From a virus: DNA of 64,000 bases. Location of the stretch: the IMG/VR virus record IMGVR_UViG_3300045988_137103, one strand, 5' to 3'. This document shows positions 37,288-46,415 of this stretch, piece by piece. The notes below the pieces were generated by a model, which worked only from the letters and a program-made list of their open reading frames with translations, was not told where the DNA came from and ran no database searches. A program made the position numbers and the translations under genes. The first letter of the stretch is position 1; the number at the start of each line of letters is the position of its first letter.

Positions 37288-37870
37288 ATGAAAAAAATCA
37301 GAAAAGAAAGAAGAGTCTGCACAAAATGTTGCAGCCAAAGTAAACGTTGCAACCGAGAAAATCATCGGCACAGGCAATTACCAATCTCTCCGCTCTCGCT
37401 CCTCAACCTGGTTTGAGTGCAAAGTGAGATACGAAAAAACACGTGAAGATGGCTCCGAAAAAATGACAACGGAACATTACACTGTAGATGCGCTCTCTTT
37501 CACCGAAGCAGAAGCAAAAATCATTGAAGAAATGGCAGTCTACGTCTCTGGTGAACTGAGGGTAGATAACATCAACAGAGCTGCCTATGGAGAAATCTTC
37601 TTCTCCGACATCAGCGATGATGATCTCTGGTTCAAGGCTCGTCTTGCTTTCATCACCATTGATGAGAAGAGTGAAAAGGAGAAACGTTCCTACGTTACCT
37701 ATCTCGTACAGGCAAAGAGTCTAGAACGTGCTCGCCGCTATATTGACGAGGTGATGGGTAAAACCATGATAGATTACGAGGTCAAAGGCCTCAACGAGAC
37801 TAATATCATGGATGTTTTCGAACATAAATCCTCTTCTGACGAGAAAAAGGATGAGAAGTCCGAAAAATAA
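37288..37870 (+). CDS. DUF4494-like protein; the ATG lies one frame off, across an A7 tract
   Basis: WFECKVRYEKT...YTVDALSFTEAEAKIIEEM...WFKARLAFITIDEKSEKEK... matches the Bacteroidota DUF4494 pattern as I remember it. That frame is open from 37292 but has no ATG. ATG 37288 followed by A7 (37291-37297) is in frame -1 relative to it and stops after 42 codons. Confidence 0.55.
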
Positions 37871-37924
37871 GTAGTAATCTTGCGCATTTCGGTCTACTAT
37901 GGCCGAAGTTGCGCAAGTTATCAC
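37871..37924. promoter_or_regulatory. 54-bp imperfect palindrome built from two inverted TAA-NN-TTGCGCA half-motifs
   Basis: GTAGTAATCTTGCGCATTTCGG-(10 nt)-CCGAAGTTGCGCAAGTTATCAC. The arms are near-identical when reverse-complemented. Directly after the DUF4494 stop codon. Confidence 0.5.
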
Positions 37925-37984
37925 TTTTTATTCTCATTTTTCTCGTACCTTTACCCACATTATTAATATATAACATCATTCTAT

Positions 37985-38317
37985 ATGAAAAAGTTGAAAC
38001 GTTTTATCATTTACCTACGCCTCTGGTTTATCCGCCAGATGGGGTACAATCTCCCATCCCTCCGTGAGGCTACCTTTATCGTTCCCGGTCAGCTCTATGA
38101 CCACTTTGGCCGTGTTGTCAGGGCAGTACCAAGTAAGATGCCTGCAACTGATAATGGAGACAGCAAAGAACAGGAAGAAGTGCCTGAGCATTGCCTTCAG
38201 TGCGATCTGTACAACAAGCACATTCCTTGCTCCTTCAATCATCGCATGGCCAACGGCAACGACATCTGCGAAAAGCACCATTTCGAAATCATCTGCCTCA
38301 ACTCTGGCAACATCTAA
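37985..38317 (+). CDS. Hypothetical Cys-containing protein (110 aa)
   Basis: ORF. The alternative-frame ORF 38064-38522 looks spurious. Confidence 0.5.
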   Translation: MKKLKRFIIYLRLWFIRQMGYNLPSLREATFIVPGQLYDHFGRVVRAVPSKMPATDNGDSKEQEEVPEHCLQCDLYNKHIPCSFNHRMANGNDICEKHHFEIICLNSGNI

Positions 38318-38329
38318 AGATTACTCATT

Positions 38330-39079
38330 ATGGAAAAGCAAAAACCAAGATACAAACTTGATAAGAAAACTGGTCATCTTCTGGAAATACCTTCTAAGAA
38401 GCAGGTTCGTGAAAACGTCAAGAAGATTCGTGAGCAAAAGGGAAAAGATCAGTTACCTCAATCTCCGGTCACTATTCATGAGACTCAGGCAGAGAAAAAC
38501 TTCAAAAAGGTCCAGAAGGTAATCGACCGCATGCACGCCAAGGCAAAACTGCCTGATTTCCTCTCCATGGCTCGACATAAGTTCCTCTCCACCGTCTGTG
38601 TCATCAATAAGCCGGGCAAACAGCGTAGCCTACTTCCTGATAAGAAAGGCCGCTTCGTAATGCTCTGCCATGGCAAGATGGCTAAAGTTTTCACGGCTGA
38701 TGTTTGCCTTCTCGTCAAGATTCAGAAGTCCATCATCAAGAAACATGAAATGGCACCAGGTGGAGAAGTGACCACAGAGCATTGGCAGGATGGTAGCTGG
38801 AGTATCGTTCCATGCCGGGCAGACAAGAGTAATTACACCACCATTCAGGAGGTTCGTCTTCGTCCATGGTTCTTTCTCCACCGCTACTGGTATGAGATTT
38901 CCTTCGATGGCAGAGTAGAGCCAGCTATGATGTTGAACGATTACAACCTCAACCCTACTCTCAGCAAGAAGCATTTCTATGTTACCAGAGAATACGTCAA
39001 AGTACGAAACCAGGATGCCGAAAACGATTATTTCCGTTTCTGGCTCCACAAACCTACAGATCATGAAGCAAACAAATGA
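38330..39079 (+). CDS. Hypothetical protein (249 aa)
   Basis: ORF with protein-like composition. Confidence 0.6.
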   Translation: MEKQKPRYKLDKKTGHLLEIPSKKQVRENVKKIREQKGKDQLPQSPVTIHETQAEKNFKKVQKVIDRMHAKAKLPDFLSMARHKFLSTVCVINKPGKQRSLLPDKKGRFVMLCHGKMAKVFTADVCLLVKIQKSIIKKHEMAPGGEVTTEHWQDGSWSIVPCRADKSNYTTIQEVRLRPWFFLHRYWYEISFDGRVEPAMMLNDYNLNPTLSKKHFYVTREYVKVRNQDAENDYFRFWLHKPTDHEANK

Positions 39080-39485
39080 TGTCATTATTCTCAATCGTCC
39101 TCGCGTACAGAAGCGAGGACTTGCCCTTAATCTGAATGGGCGTATCACTCTAAGGTCTAGTCCGTGCAAACTGCTAGACCTCAAACCGGGTGATAAGATT
39201 TGCTTCTGTCTCTATACGCCAAGTAAGCAGATGTATGTAATCAAGTCCACACCGGAGTTAGAAACTAAAGATATATGCATCAAACTGTCTGGCCGTAAGG
39301 GGCAGCTCCATGCCAGTAACGTTTCTACCGTCAGTTTCTTGCTTAGCTATATACCGAATATCCCGACTGGTACTAAGCAGATAGAACTGGTTACGGCTAA
39401 TGAAACCATCAATCTCAATGTAGATGGCGTCAGTTGTCCAGCCCTAGCGATCGTCAATAGGGCCGACAGCGAGCATTGCCGATAG
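39063..39485 (+). CDS. Hypothetical protein, possible AbrB/SpoVT-like N-terminus (140 aa)
   Basis: Start set at MKQTNDVIILN. LALNLNGRITLRSSPCKLLDLKPGDKICF resembles a looped-hinge-helix DNA binder. Weak. Confidence 0.45.
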   Translation: MKQTNDVIILNRPRVQKRGLALNLNGRITLRSSPCKLLDLKPGDKICFCLYTPSKQMYVIKSTPELETKDICIKLSGRKGQLHASNVSTVSFLLSYIPNIPTGTKQIELVTANETINLNVDGVSCPALAIVNRADSEHCR

Positions 39486-39508
39486 TAAAATATTAAACAT
39501 TAAGAAAT

Positions 39509-42415
39509 ATGCAACAATCAATTAGATACAAAGGCCTCAGCCTCACTCCTGATGAAATGGCAGTAGAAAACGGTGCGCTATCCCTCTGCGGCAATCTAGA
39601 GCTGCATGATGGCGCATTGCGCCCTTCTATTGTCACAGGAACACCCCTCTCTCAGCCACTCACCATTAATGGTGTAGTGGCTAAGATTCTTTATGTACAC
39701 GAAACAGGCAATTACCGCCACCTCATAGCCATAGCCTCATCAGCCATCTACTGGTTCCTTCAGGATGGCTCTCTTGGCTCAACCACCCCTATCAAGTCCT
39801 TCGACTACGAAGCATCGGTTCTTTCCGTTAATTCCATCGGTAATACGCTTATCATTGTAGCTACAGATGGTATTCACTATGCTTTATGGGTGGATGGTGG
39901 CTATAAATATCTGTCACAGAAGCCTCCATTCGTAGAAATCGCCTTTTCTATTTCCGATGATTACCCAGAGAACTACAGTAATGGTGGAATAGTAACAGAA
40001 GGTAGTGTTAAAGGTTTCCGGGAAGTCTTCCAACAAACCACATACTCCTGCAATGACGTTTTTGATAAGGTAAAAATTTCCACGAACATAACAGATCTTT
40101 TTATCAGAGAATTTGAATGTCTTACAATTAAAGAAGACAAGCAGTCCGATCTTACACAGAGCATCTATGCACTTGTCAATCGAACAAACAATCTTATTGC
40201 TCGTAATGGACGTTTCTATGCAAATTTCTTTGTTAGATATTGCTATAGAATGTTTGATGGTTCCATGATTATGCACTCTTCACCTGTATTTATACCAGTG
40301 CAAATTCCTGATAGCTATATGGTGCTGTCGGCTAACGCTTTATCAAGTTTTACTAATAATGTCGTCGATACCAGTGATGACTTTACCCTTCAGCGCATAG
40401 ATGGAAATAATAACAAATTCAGTGTACATATCACAAAGGCAGCATTTATTTATTATCCACGAAATGTAGATTTAAACTATACTATACTGGACGCAAAACG
40501 TGAAGAACTTGAAGAATGGAAGGATGTCATCAAATCGGTAGATATATTCATTACGCCTCCTATTTCTAACGTTGACACATCTAAGCAAATTTCAAGTATC
40601 AGGTATAATAGAAGAAATTTCATGCTAGGAAAAGGTTTACTATCACTCACTTTTGAAACATCTCTCACTTCTGATGAAGGTAAACAATATATTGGAGGCG
40701 CTTCTGTAGATTTCCCTTCACTTAGTCCAGATGCCTATCGTAACAAATTAAAGAACACCTCTGCTTTCTACAAGGTCTGTTCGTTGAAACTATCAGATTT
40801 AGCAATTTGCTCAGCGAAGAAATTACCTGTTGACAAGAATGCAGTCTATCAGGTATCATTACAGGAACAGATGAAGGATGACTACAAAACTCATAACTCG
40901 CTCTTCGCACAAGGTGGCTATGTCTATAACCACCGCCTCAATCTGTACGGCATGAAAGAGAAACTGTTTCAAGGATTCAGCGGCTATGTTATGCTACCAG
41001 GTCAGTACAGCCTTAAATACGATGATAGTACGAATTACCAGGGATTAAGGTACAAAATTCAGAAAATTGTAGTTAGCCTCAACACCACTTCCGGAACGAA
41101 ATATGTTGAAAGTAGCGACAAATTCTTCTCTCGTCAGGATATTGATGGCTTCATGATCGGCAACCTTGTCAAGTTCTACCCGGATTCCAGAGCTGATAAA
41201 ATGGCTATCTTCTGTAAGGATTATTCTGATAATGATGCCATCTTCGTCTTCCCTCTGGAACAATGCGAAGAACTGAATGGAGCCATGCACATGGGAGATT
41301 TCACCGACATTTTTTTAACCGACAATTTCGAGCAATATAGGGTTGATTCGTTTGATTATACGGTTGATGATGTAGTGGAACTGTCCAATAAGATCTACAC
41401 ATCAGAGTCCGATAATGCCTTCTATTTCCCATTAAACGGAATCAATACCGTAGGTATCGGAACCATACAAGGTATAGCCTCTACCACGCGTGCGCTCTCT
41501 CAGGGACAGTTCGGTCAGTATCCATTAATGGCATTCTCTACCGATGGTATCTGGGCGATGGAAGTCTCTTCCAAAGGTACTTATAGCAGCATCCACCCGA
41601 TTAGTCGTGAGGTTTGTAGCAATCCGAAGTCTATCACTCAGCTAGACCAGTCCGTGCTTTTCGCCACAAACCGCTCAATCAGTCGCATAGCAGAGTCACA
41701 AGTGGTTTCCATGTCCGATGTCTTAGATGGTCCCGGCTTCAATATTTCCGGCACTCTAGGCAAATTTCTCAACTTCTTCAATGACACAGATGAAGATAGT
41801 GATTCCGTCAAGACTATCAAGGCTCAGATGCGACAACTCATAGATTTCACCTCATCGCCAATAGAGTTCTTCCAGCATTGTCAGGTTATCTACGATTACA
41901 AAAACTCTCGCATCTTCTGCCTGGATGTTACACAGACGAGTAAGACCTCTACGGCTGATACGGTGGCCCTCTGCTATTCTATCAAGGATAATGCCTGGAG
42001 CACTTTCCTCATACAAAACGTGCTTACTGCTATCAATTCTTATCCTCACCCCTACATACAATATAGGGATGGCAGCGTGATAGTGCTAGATAAGGGCTAC
42101 GATTACGAAGATCCAACAGAGTATCATGGTATCATAGTTACTCGCACCTTGAAGTTCGATGAAGACAATGTACCTGATTCCATTACAGGCTACATCCACT
42201 CCCTTACCTCAGGTACCGTACCTGTCATGTGGCTCTATGGTAGCAACGATAATCAAAATTGGCATTACATCGGTCGCTTGGGCGGTATGAAGTCCAGCTA
42301 CATGGCTACTCACAGCTATCGTTTCTTCCGCATCGCCCTATACCTTAAGATGAAATCCATGAATCAATACTTTGCCACTCGCCTCGAAATCATCAGGCGT
42401 TTCAGCAAGTTCTAA
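39509..42415 (+). CDS. Large protein of unknown function (968 aa)
   Basis: Last ORF of the + strand block. No motif recognised. Followed by two hairpin elements. Confidence 0.7.
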   Translation: MQQSIRYKGLSLTPDEMAVENGALSLCGNLELHDGALRPSIVTGTPLSQPLTINGVVAKILYVHETGNYRHLIAIASSAIYWFLQDGSLGSTTPIKSFDYEASVLSVNSIGNTLIIVATDGIHYALWVDGGYKYLSQKPPFVEIAFSISDDYPENYSNGGIVTEGSVKGFREVFQQTTYSCNDVFDKVKISTNITDLFIREFECLTIKEDKQSDLTQSIYALVNRTNNLIARNGRFYANFFVRYCYRMFDGSMIMHSSPVFIPVQIPDSYMVLSANALSSFTNNVVDTSDDFTLQRIDGNNNKFSVHITKAAFIYYPRNVDLNYTILDAKREELEEWKDVIKSVDIFITPPISNVDTSKQISSIRYNRRNFMLGKGLLSLTFETSLTSDEGKQYIGGASVDFPSLSPDAYRNKLKNTSAFYKVCSLKLSDLAICSAKKLPVDKNAVYQVSLQEQMKDDYKTHNSLFAQGGYVYNHRLNLYGMKEKLFQGFSGYVMLPGQYSLKYDDSTNYQGLRYKIQKIVVSLNTTSGTKYVESSDKFFSRQDIDGFMIGNLVKFYPDSRADKMAIFCKDYSDNDAIFVFPLEQCEELNGAMHMGDFTDIFLTDNFEQYRVDSFDYTVDDVVELSNKIYTSESDNAFYFPLNGINTVGIGTIQGIASTTRALSQGQFGQYPLMAFSTDGIWAMEVSSKGTYSSIHPISREVCSNPKSITQLDQSVLFATNRSISRIAESQVVSMSDVLDGPGFNISGTLGKFLNFFNDTDEDSDSVKTIKAQMRQLIDFTSSPIEFFQHCQVIYDYKNSRIFCLDVTQTSKTSTADTVALCYSIKDNAWSTFLIQNVLTAINSYPHPYIQYRDGSVIVLDKGYDYEDPTEYHGIIVTRTLKFDEDNVPDSITGYIHSLTSGTVPVMWLYGSNDNQNWHYIGRLGGMKSSYMATHSYRFFRIALYLKMKSMNQYFATRLEIIRRFSKF

Positions 42416-42424
42416 AAAGAAAAG

Positions 42425-42456
42425 CCACCGTTCCATGGCTTTTTAAGCCATGTCCC
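42425..42456 (+). repeat. Flank-conserved hairpin element, copy 3
   Basis: CCACCGTTCC-ATGGCT-TTTTA-AGCCAT-GTCCC. The stem is completely different in sequence, but the flanks and geometry are conserved. Starts 10 nt after the stop of the 968-aa ORF. Confidence 0.6.
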
Positions 42457-42561
42457 CCCAAAACAAGAGCCTTCGCAAATCAGGAGTAATCCCGAAAGCG
42501 AAGGCTCTTTCCATAAACACACCTAAAACGAAAGAAGAAAAAAAAGTTTCATTAAGTAAAG

Positions 42562-42593
42562 CCACCGTTCCAGGCGATTCCATCGCCTGTCCC
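42562..42593 (+). repeat. Flank-conserved hairpin element, copy 4
   Basis: CCACCGTTCC-AGGCGA-TTCCA-TCGCCT-GTCCC. Confidence 0.6.
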
Positions 42594-42603
42594 CAGCAGC
42601 CTC

Positions 42604-43245
42604 CTACGTAAAGCTAGGTCTTCTCAAAGTATAGTTATCCCGGCTCAACAGGTTGCTCTTCATATTATTGAAGTCTGCTGTAGCACTATTCCCATACTGT
42701 CCAGCCTTATCTGCATACTGATCCTGCAAAAATTGGCTCATCGTATAGTCAACCATATACCGGTGCATATTGCTCTTAAGCGCATCCGTCACAGCCACAT
42801 TCCAGTTCGGAATCTCCAGTTTCAGGGTAACAGTCTCATAGATACTTTCCTCCCGATCATTACCAGCCTTATTTACGGTAGAAGTCACTTCCTCATCTTC
42901 CTGTCCGATGATGCTTGTGGTCACTACCTCCGTCCAAGTTCCGTTCTTGTTATCGGTGTACACATACTTCTTCGTACCCTTCACCAGTCGCTCCAGATTG
43001 TTGTTATCCTCCACTCTACCTGAGGTCAGATAACGCTGAGCTGCAACCTTGATATTACCGATAGCTTCTGTTACTGCACGGTTGATAATACTGCGAGTCT
43101 CTTTACTGTCAGGACTTTCGATAGTGGCTCTGATGTCCTTCTGGGCATCATTCACCAGTCCTTGGCTCAATACATAGCATCTGGCAAGTATGTCATTACA
43201 TACCTGCTCCATGCTAAAGTTCAGTGTAACTAATTTACTATCCAT
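42604..43245 (-). CDS. Hypothetical structural-module protein (213 aa)
   Basis: Last ORF of the late minus-strand block. Confidence 0.55.
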   Translation of the reverse strand: MDSKLVTLNFSMEQVCNDILARCYVLSQGLVNDAQKDIRATIESPDSKETRSIINRAVTEAIGNIKVAAQRYLTSGRVEDNNNLERLVKGTKKYVYTDNKNGTWTEVVTTSIIGQEDEEVTSTVNKAGNDREESIYETVTLKLEIPNWNVAVTDALKSNMHRYMVDYTMSQFLQDQYADKAGQYGNSATADFNNMKSNLLSRDNYTLRRPSFT

Positions 43246-43274
43246 ATTTCGAAATATTTAGATGATTAATAAAT

Positions 43275-44129
43275 CTACCTCAGTTCATAAGGCGGCCTGC
43301 CTCCGCTCCAGTCAACACGATCCTGATGAAAATGCTGCGAAACGAAGTCCTGATTGCGCTCAGATCCTTTCGGCCCACTCTGGGCATCTTTGTCTACTTC
43401 GTCCACATTTCGAGCCTCAGCATCCTGTTCATTCTGACTTTTAGCCTCAGTATCTATACTGCGACTTTGAACAGCAAGTTCGCCATTCTCTTTTTCATCA
43501 GTATCTACAGAACGCCCGGCTGTAGCCTGCGCATTCTTCTGCTTACCTATCTCATCCCCACTTCTTGCCAAAGCTGTAGGAGTAGAACCAGCCTTTTCAT
43601 CACCATCCGCTGCTCTAGAAGAAGTGTTCCCAGACGAAGAGCCTTCTTTCGTTGTATCATCTGCTTTTCTTTCAGCCTCAGCAAAGTTAAAGTCTTTCTT
43701 CAATAAGATTTCCTTAATGGCATCAAGGTCACTCGCTCCCATACCGGCATAGTCTGTATGAGCCATTTCAGGGAAATCACTCAGCCATCCAGCAATAATG
43801 GCATGCACCAGGTAGTTCTGAATCTGATTGCTCAATACTCCACTTAACCTTGGTGGCCAAGCCGCAAGTGTCACTATAGTGATTGAGAAATCATCAGCCA
43901 GAGCCTGCAAATCAAACTTCTGTGTGGTAGAAGAAGAAAACCTCGCAAGAAAGTTCTCTAGGTCGGTTATTGCCTCCCTATAATATATATCCAGTCTAGC
44001 CTCCTCTGCATCACTTGCCCATACACTTTGGAAGTCCACCTCTGGGTTATGCTGTGCAATGGTGGCAGAAAGTCCTTCTACCACGCCCATCACGCTCTTC
44101 TTGATGATTTTAATTGTTATTGTCTTCAT
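43275..44129 (-). CDS. Hypothetical structural-module protein (about 284 aa)
   Basis: ORF 43275-44162. Start moved to MKTITIKII to avoid overlapping the spanin. Low-complexity Asp/Glu/Ser C-terminal half. Confidence 0.5.
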   Translation of the reverse strand: MKTITIKIIKKSVMGVVEGLSATIAQHNPEVDFQSVWASDAEEARLDIYYREAITDLENFLARFSSSTTQKFDLQALADDFSITIVTLAAWPPRLSGVLSNQIQNYLVHAIIAGWLSDFPEMAHTDYAGMGASDLDAIKEILLKKDFNFAEAERKADDTTKEGSSSGNTSSRAADGDEKAGSTPTALARSGDEIGKQKNAQATAGRSVDTDEKENGELAVQSRSIDTEAKSQNEQDAEARNVDEVDKDAQSGPKGSERNQDFVSQHFHQDRVDWSGGRPPYELR

Positions 44130-44133
44130 ACGC

Positions 44134-44703
44134 TCATTTTTTTCTATGCCACAACCAAACAAGAATACCTATTATGGCTATGATGATACCTGCTAACGCG
44201 CCAAGACTTACCTTCCCTATAGTCACAAGTCGCTGCTCATTCTTGGTCAGTTCTCGCCTCATGATATTGATAGAGTCTTGCTTTAACCGAATCAGCGAAT
44301 CTTTTTGAACCACAAGATGTTGATATTTATCTACCTTCTTAGATATAATATTGATGGAATCCTTTAGCCTCAGCACCTCTTTTGTGTCCCTGTTGGTTAC
44401 TACAGAGTGCCATGACTCTGTCTTGATAGGCTTACCATTCTGGTCAACAGTCGTAGATGTACTGTCTTTTGTATGTGTAGTTTCCCTGACTGATGTTTCA
44501 TGCTCCTGAGTTCGGCTATTCGCCATCTGCTCAAAAGCAGAGATAAACCGCTCCTGCCAGGAGGCATCCAACCCCTTGCTAACGGTGTTGTCTGTGATAT
44601 AGTGTTCCTGTGTCACTGTCTTCGTCTTACAACTCGTCAGAAACAACATCGAGAAATAAGCTATCCATACAAACAGATAGATAATTAAATGTTTCGATTT
44701 CAT
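44134..44703 (-). CDS. Unimolecular spanin candidate (189 aa)
   Basis: N-terminal lipobox-like signal (...MLFLTSC) and a C-terminal TM segment (LGALAGIIIAIIGILVWLW). Immediately downstream of the endolysin. Confidence 0.55.
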   Translation of the reverse strand: MKSKHLIIYLFVWIAYFSMLFLTSCKTKTVTQEHYITDNTVSKGLDASWQERFISAFEQMANSRTQEHETSVRETTHTKDSTSTTVDQNGKPIKTESWHSVVTNRDTKEVLRLKDSINIISKKVDKYQHLVVQKDSLIRLKQDSINIMRRELTKNEQRLVTIGKVSLGALAGIIIAIIGILVWLWHRKK

Positions 44704-44706
44704 AAG

Positions 44707-45243
44707 CTATGAGATATTGAGTGCTCGCTTTGACCTTTTCAAATACTCCTCGCATTCGTCCAGACCATTGTAGCCACCGTTAATTTTCCGTCTTATTGCT
44801 TTCAGATTATCCTCGTCAGCCAATTTATTGCATCCGAAAGTATCGAATATCCACATCGATGAACGTGTGGCACCAAGAGGCTGTTCCAATAGTTCTGGCT
44901 TCTCCACTACATCATAGCCGCAATATCTGGCATACTTGCTGTAGTTGGCTCGTCCTGTTATCTGTATCAGTCCACGCCCCTTATACCTCACACCATCGCC
45001 CTTATGGGTATTGCCCAAGTCCTTGCGACCCTCATAAGCCTTTCCGCTGGCTATCTCCTTGGTATATCTCAGTTCACCGCTCTCATGGGCAATCTGAGCC
45101 AAGTAGTGCGCCCATCTTAAAGGCGTGTTAATTTCGAATTCCTCGGCAAATCGGTTCAGGTATGGCAGAAACTTCTCCGCCCTCTTCCCTGCGTTAGGCA
45201 TTGCCATCAGTAGCTGTTCCAATCTGATTTCCTTCATTTCCAT
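44707..45243 (-). CDS. Endolysin, GH19 / chitinase-like lysozyme
   Basis: AHYLAQIAHESGELRYTKEIASG...GRGLIQITGRANYSKYA is the COG3179/GH19 phage lysin signature. Confidence 0.8.
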   Translation of the reverse strand: MEMKEIRLEQLLMAMPNAGKRAEKFLPYLNRFAEEFEINTPLRWAHYLAQIAHESGELRYTKEIASGKAYEGRKDLGNTHKGDGVRYKGRGLIQITGRANYSKYARYCGYDVVEKPELLEQPLGATRSSMWIFDTFGCNKLADEDNLKAIRRKINGGYNGLDECEEYLKRSKRALNIS

Positions 45244-45712
45244 TTCCTGTATTGTTTTTATATTCTTGATACTTCTTAAACATCGGGAATTTCTCTACGA
45301 ATCCTAGTGTCAGTGCATAATAGGCATAGTCAACCAATTTATAGAAAGGTGTTTCTGGAACCAGCATACGCCTCAGATTCTTAAGAATATTGGTTCCAAA
45401 CAGATAAGTAGCTGCTATACATACCCATTTCACGCAAAACAAAGCCTCTGTGTCTGAGTGAAGGAAATGTCCGATGATGAACAGGGCTGCCACCGTCACA
45501 AAGAACACCGCACAACAGACAAAGAACATCCCGAATTTCTTCCAGCTCCATTCTTCGCTATTAAACACTGCTGCCACGATGCCAAACACCAGGTTTAGCC
45601 CAAATAATACCATCATGGCAATCATAAAATCCCTGATGGGAACCAGCAGACTCAGAAAAGTCCATAAAGTCCCAATTAAGTAACCTCGAATATCATTCAT
45701 TTTCTTTTTCAT
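45194..45712 (-). CDS. Holin candidate (172 aa, about 4 TM segments)
   Basis: Multi-TM small protein directly upstream of, and overlapping, the endolysin gene. Confidence 0.6.
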   Translation of the reverse strand: MKKKMNDIRGYLIGTLWTFLSLLVPIRDFMIAMMVLFGLNLVFGIVAAVFNSEEWSWKKFGMFFVCCAVFFVTVAALFIIGHFLHSDTEALFCVKWVCIAATYLFGTNILKNLRRMLVPETPFYKLVDYAYYALTLGFVEKFPMFKKYQEYKNNTGNGNEGNQIGTATDGNA

Positions 45713-45773
45713 TTATCCGTCCCCACTACGTTATGGAAACGATGCAAATTTAAGTCATCATTTCCGATTCTCT

Positions 45774-45790
45774 GTGATAAATTGCGCAAC
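45774..45790. promoter_or_regulatory. TGATAAATTGCGCAAC motif upstream of the lysis cassette
   Basis: GTGATAAATTGCGCAAC. On the minus strand a TAaaTTTG -7 box follows, toward the holin start. Confidence 0.5.
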
Positions 45791-45922
45791 TTCAAACGAA
45801 AAAAGAGAACGCAAGCCCATTTTTCGCCTGCATTCTCTTCTTCTGATAGTTTTCTTTTATATATCTCTAGTCATTATGGAATTTCCCACAAACTCTACAT
45901 TCAACACTCAACATTCAACATT

Positions 45923-46414
45923 TCAATGGTTGAAGTACCCCCAAGCCTTACAATGCCCATAAGGGTTATCATCATCCCTTAGCCAGTTCACGGCAAGGTC
46001 CACCATTCTGTCCATCATCTGCTCCTCGCTGTCCTCCGGGAACCATTTCTTCATCAGATTATAGTTGTCAGAGTAGATCATGTTCAGCACCACGGCAAAA
46101 TCCCATTGGTTGTAAGGTCTGATCTCGTCCTTCACCGTCTCATAGATCTCCTGAGTCTTAGCTGCGGTATAGTAAGGAGCACGATGTTCTACCTCCTTGT
46201 CATCCTCAAACACCATCTTCTTGATCTGAGCCTCAGCAAAGAAGTCGTTAAAGTGGCCGTTACCCACAACCCCATAAATCTCCTTATAGAGTTTCAGAAG
46301 GTCATTTTCCTCTGCGTGCATGGCCACAAACTTGCCGATGATCTTGGTTACCTTCACCATCTGCTCCGGTGTGGCGTCACTCTGATATTTTGTGATAAGT
46401 TCTACTAAGTTCAT
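45923..46414 (-). CDS. Hypothetical protein (163 aa)
   Basis: Start set at MNLVELITKY. The upstream part of ORF 45923-46591 overlaps the preceding gene and is Arg/Ser/Thr-rich. Confidence 0.55.
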   Translation of the reverse strand: MNLVELITKYQSDATPEQMVKVTKIIGKFVAMHAEENDLLKLYKEIYGVVGNGHFNDFFAEAQIKKMVFEDDKEVEHRAPYYTAAKTQEIYETVKDEIRPYNQWDFAVVLNMIYSDNYNLMKKWFPEDSEEQMMDRMVDLAVNWLRDDDNPYGHCKAWGYFNH

Positions 46415-46415
46415 A

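Noticed and set aside
42425-42593. Simple rho-independent terminators as the explanation for the four hairpins
   Set aside because: None is followed by a T-run. The flanks CCACCGTTCC and GTCC are conserved independently of the stem sequence, which a generic terminator would not require. A termination-related role is still possible, but not the canonical intrinsic type.
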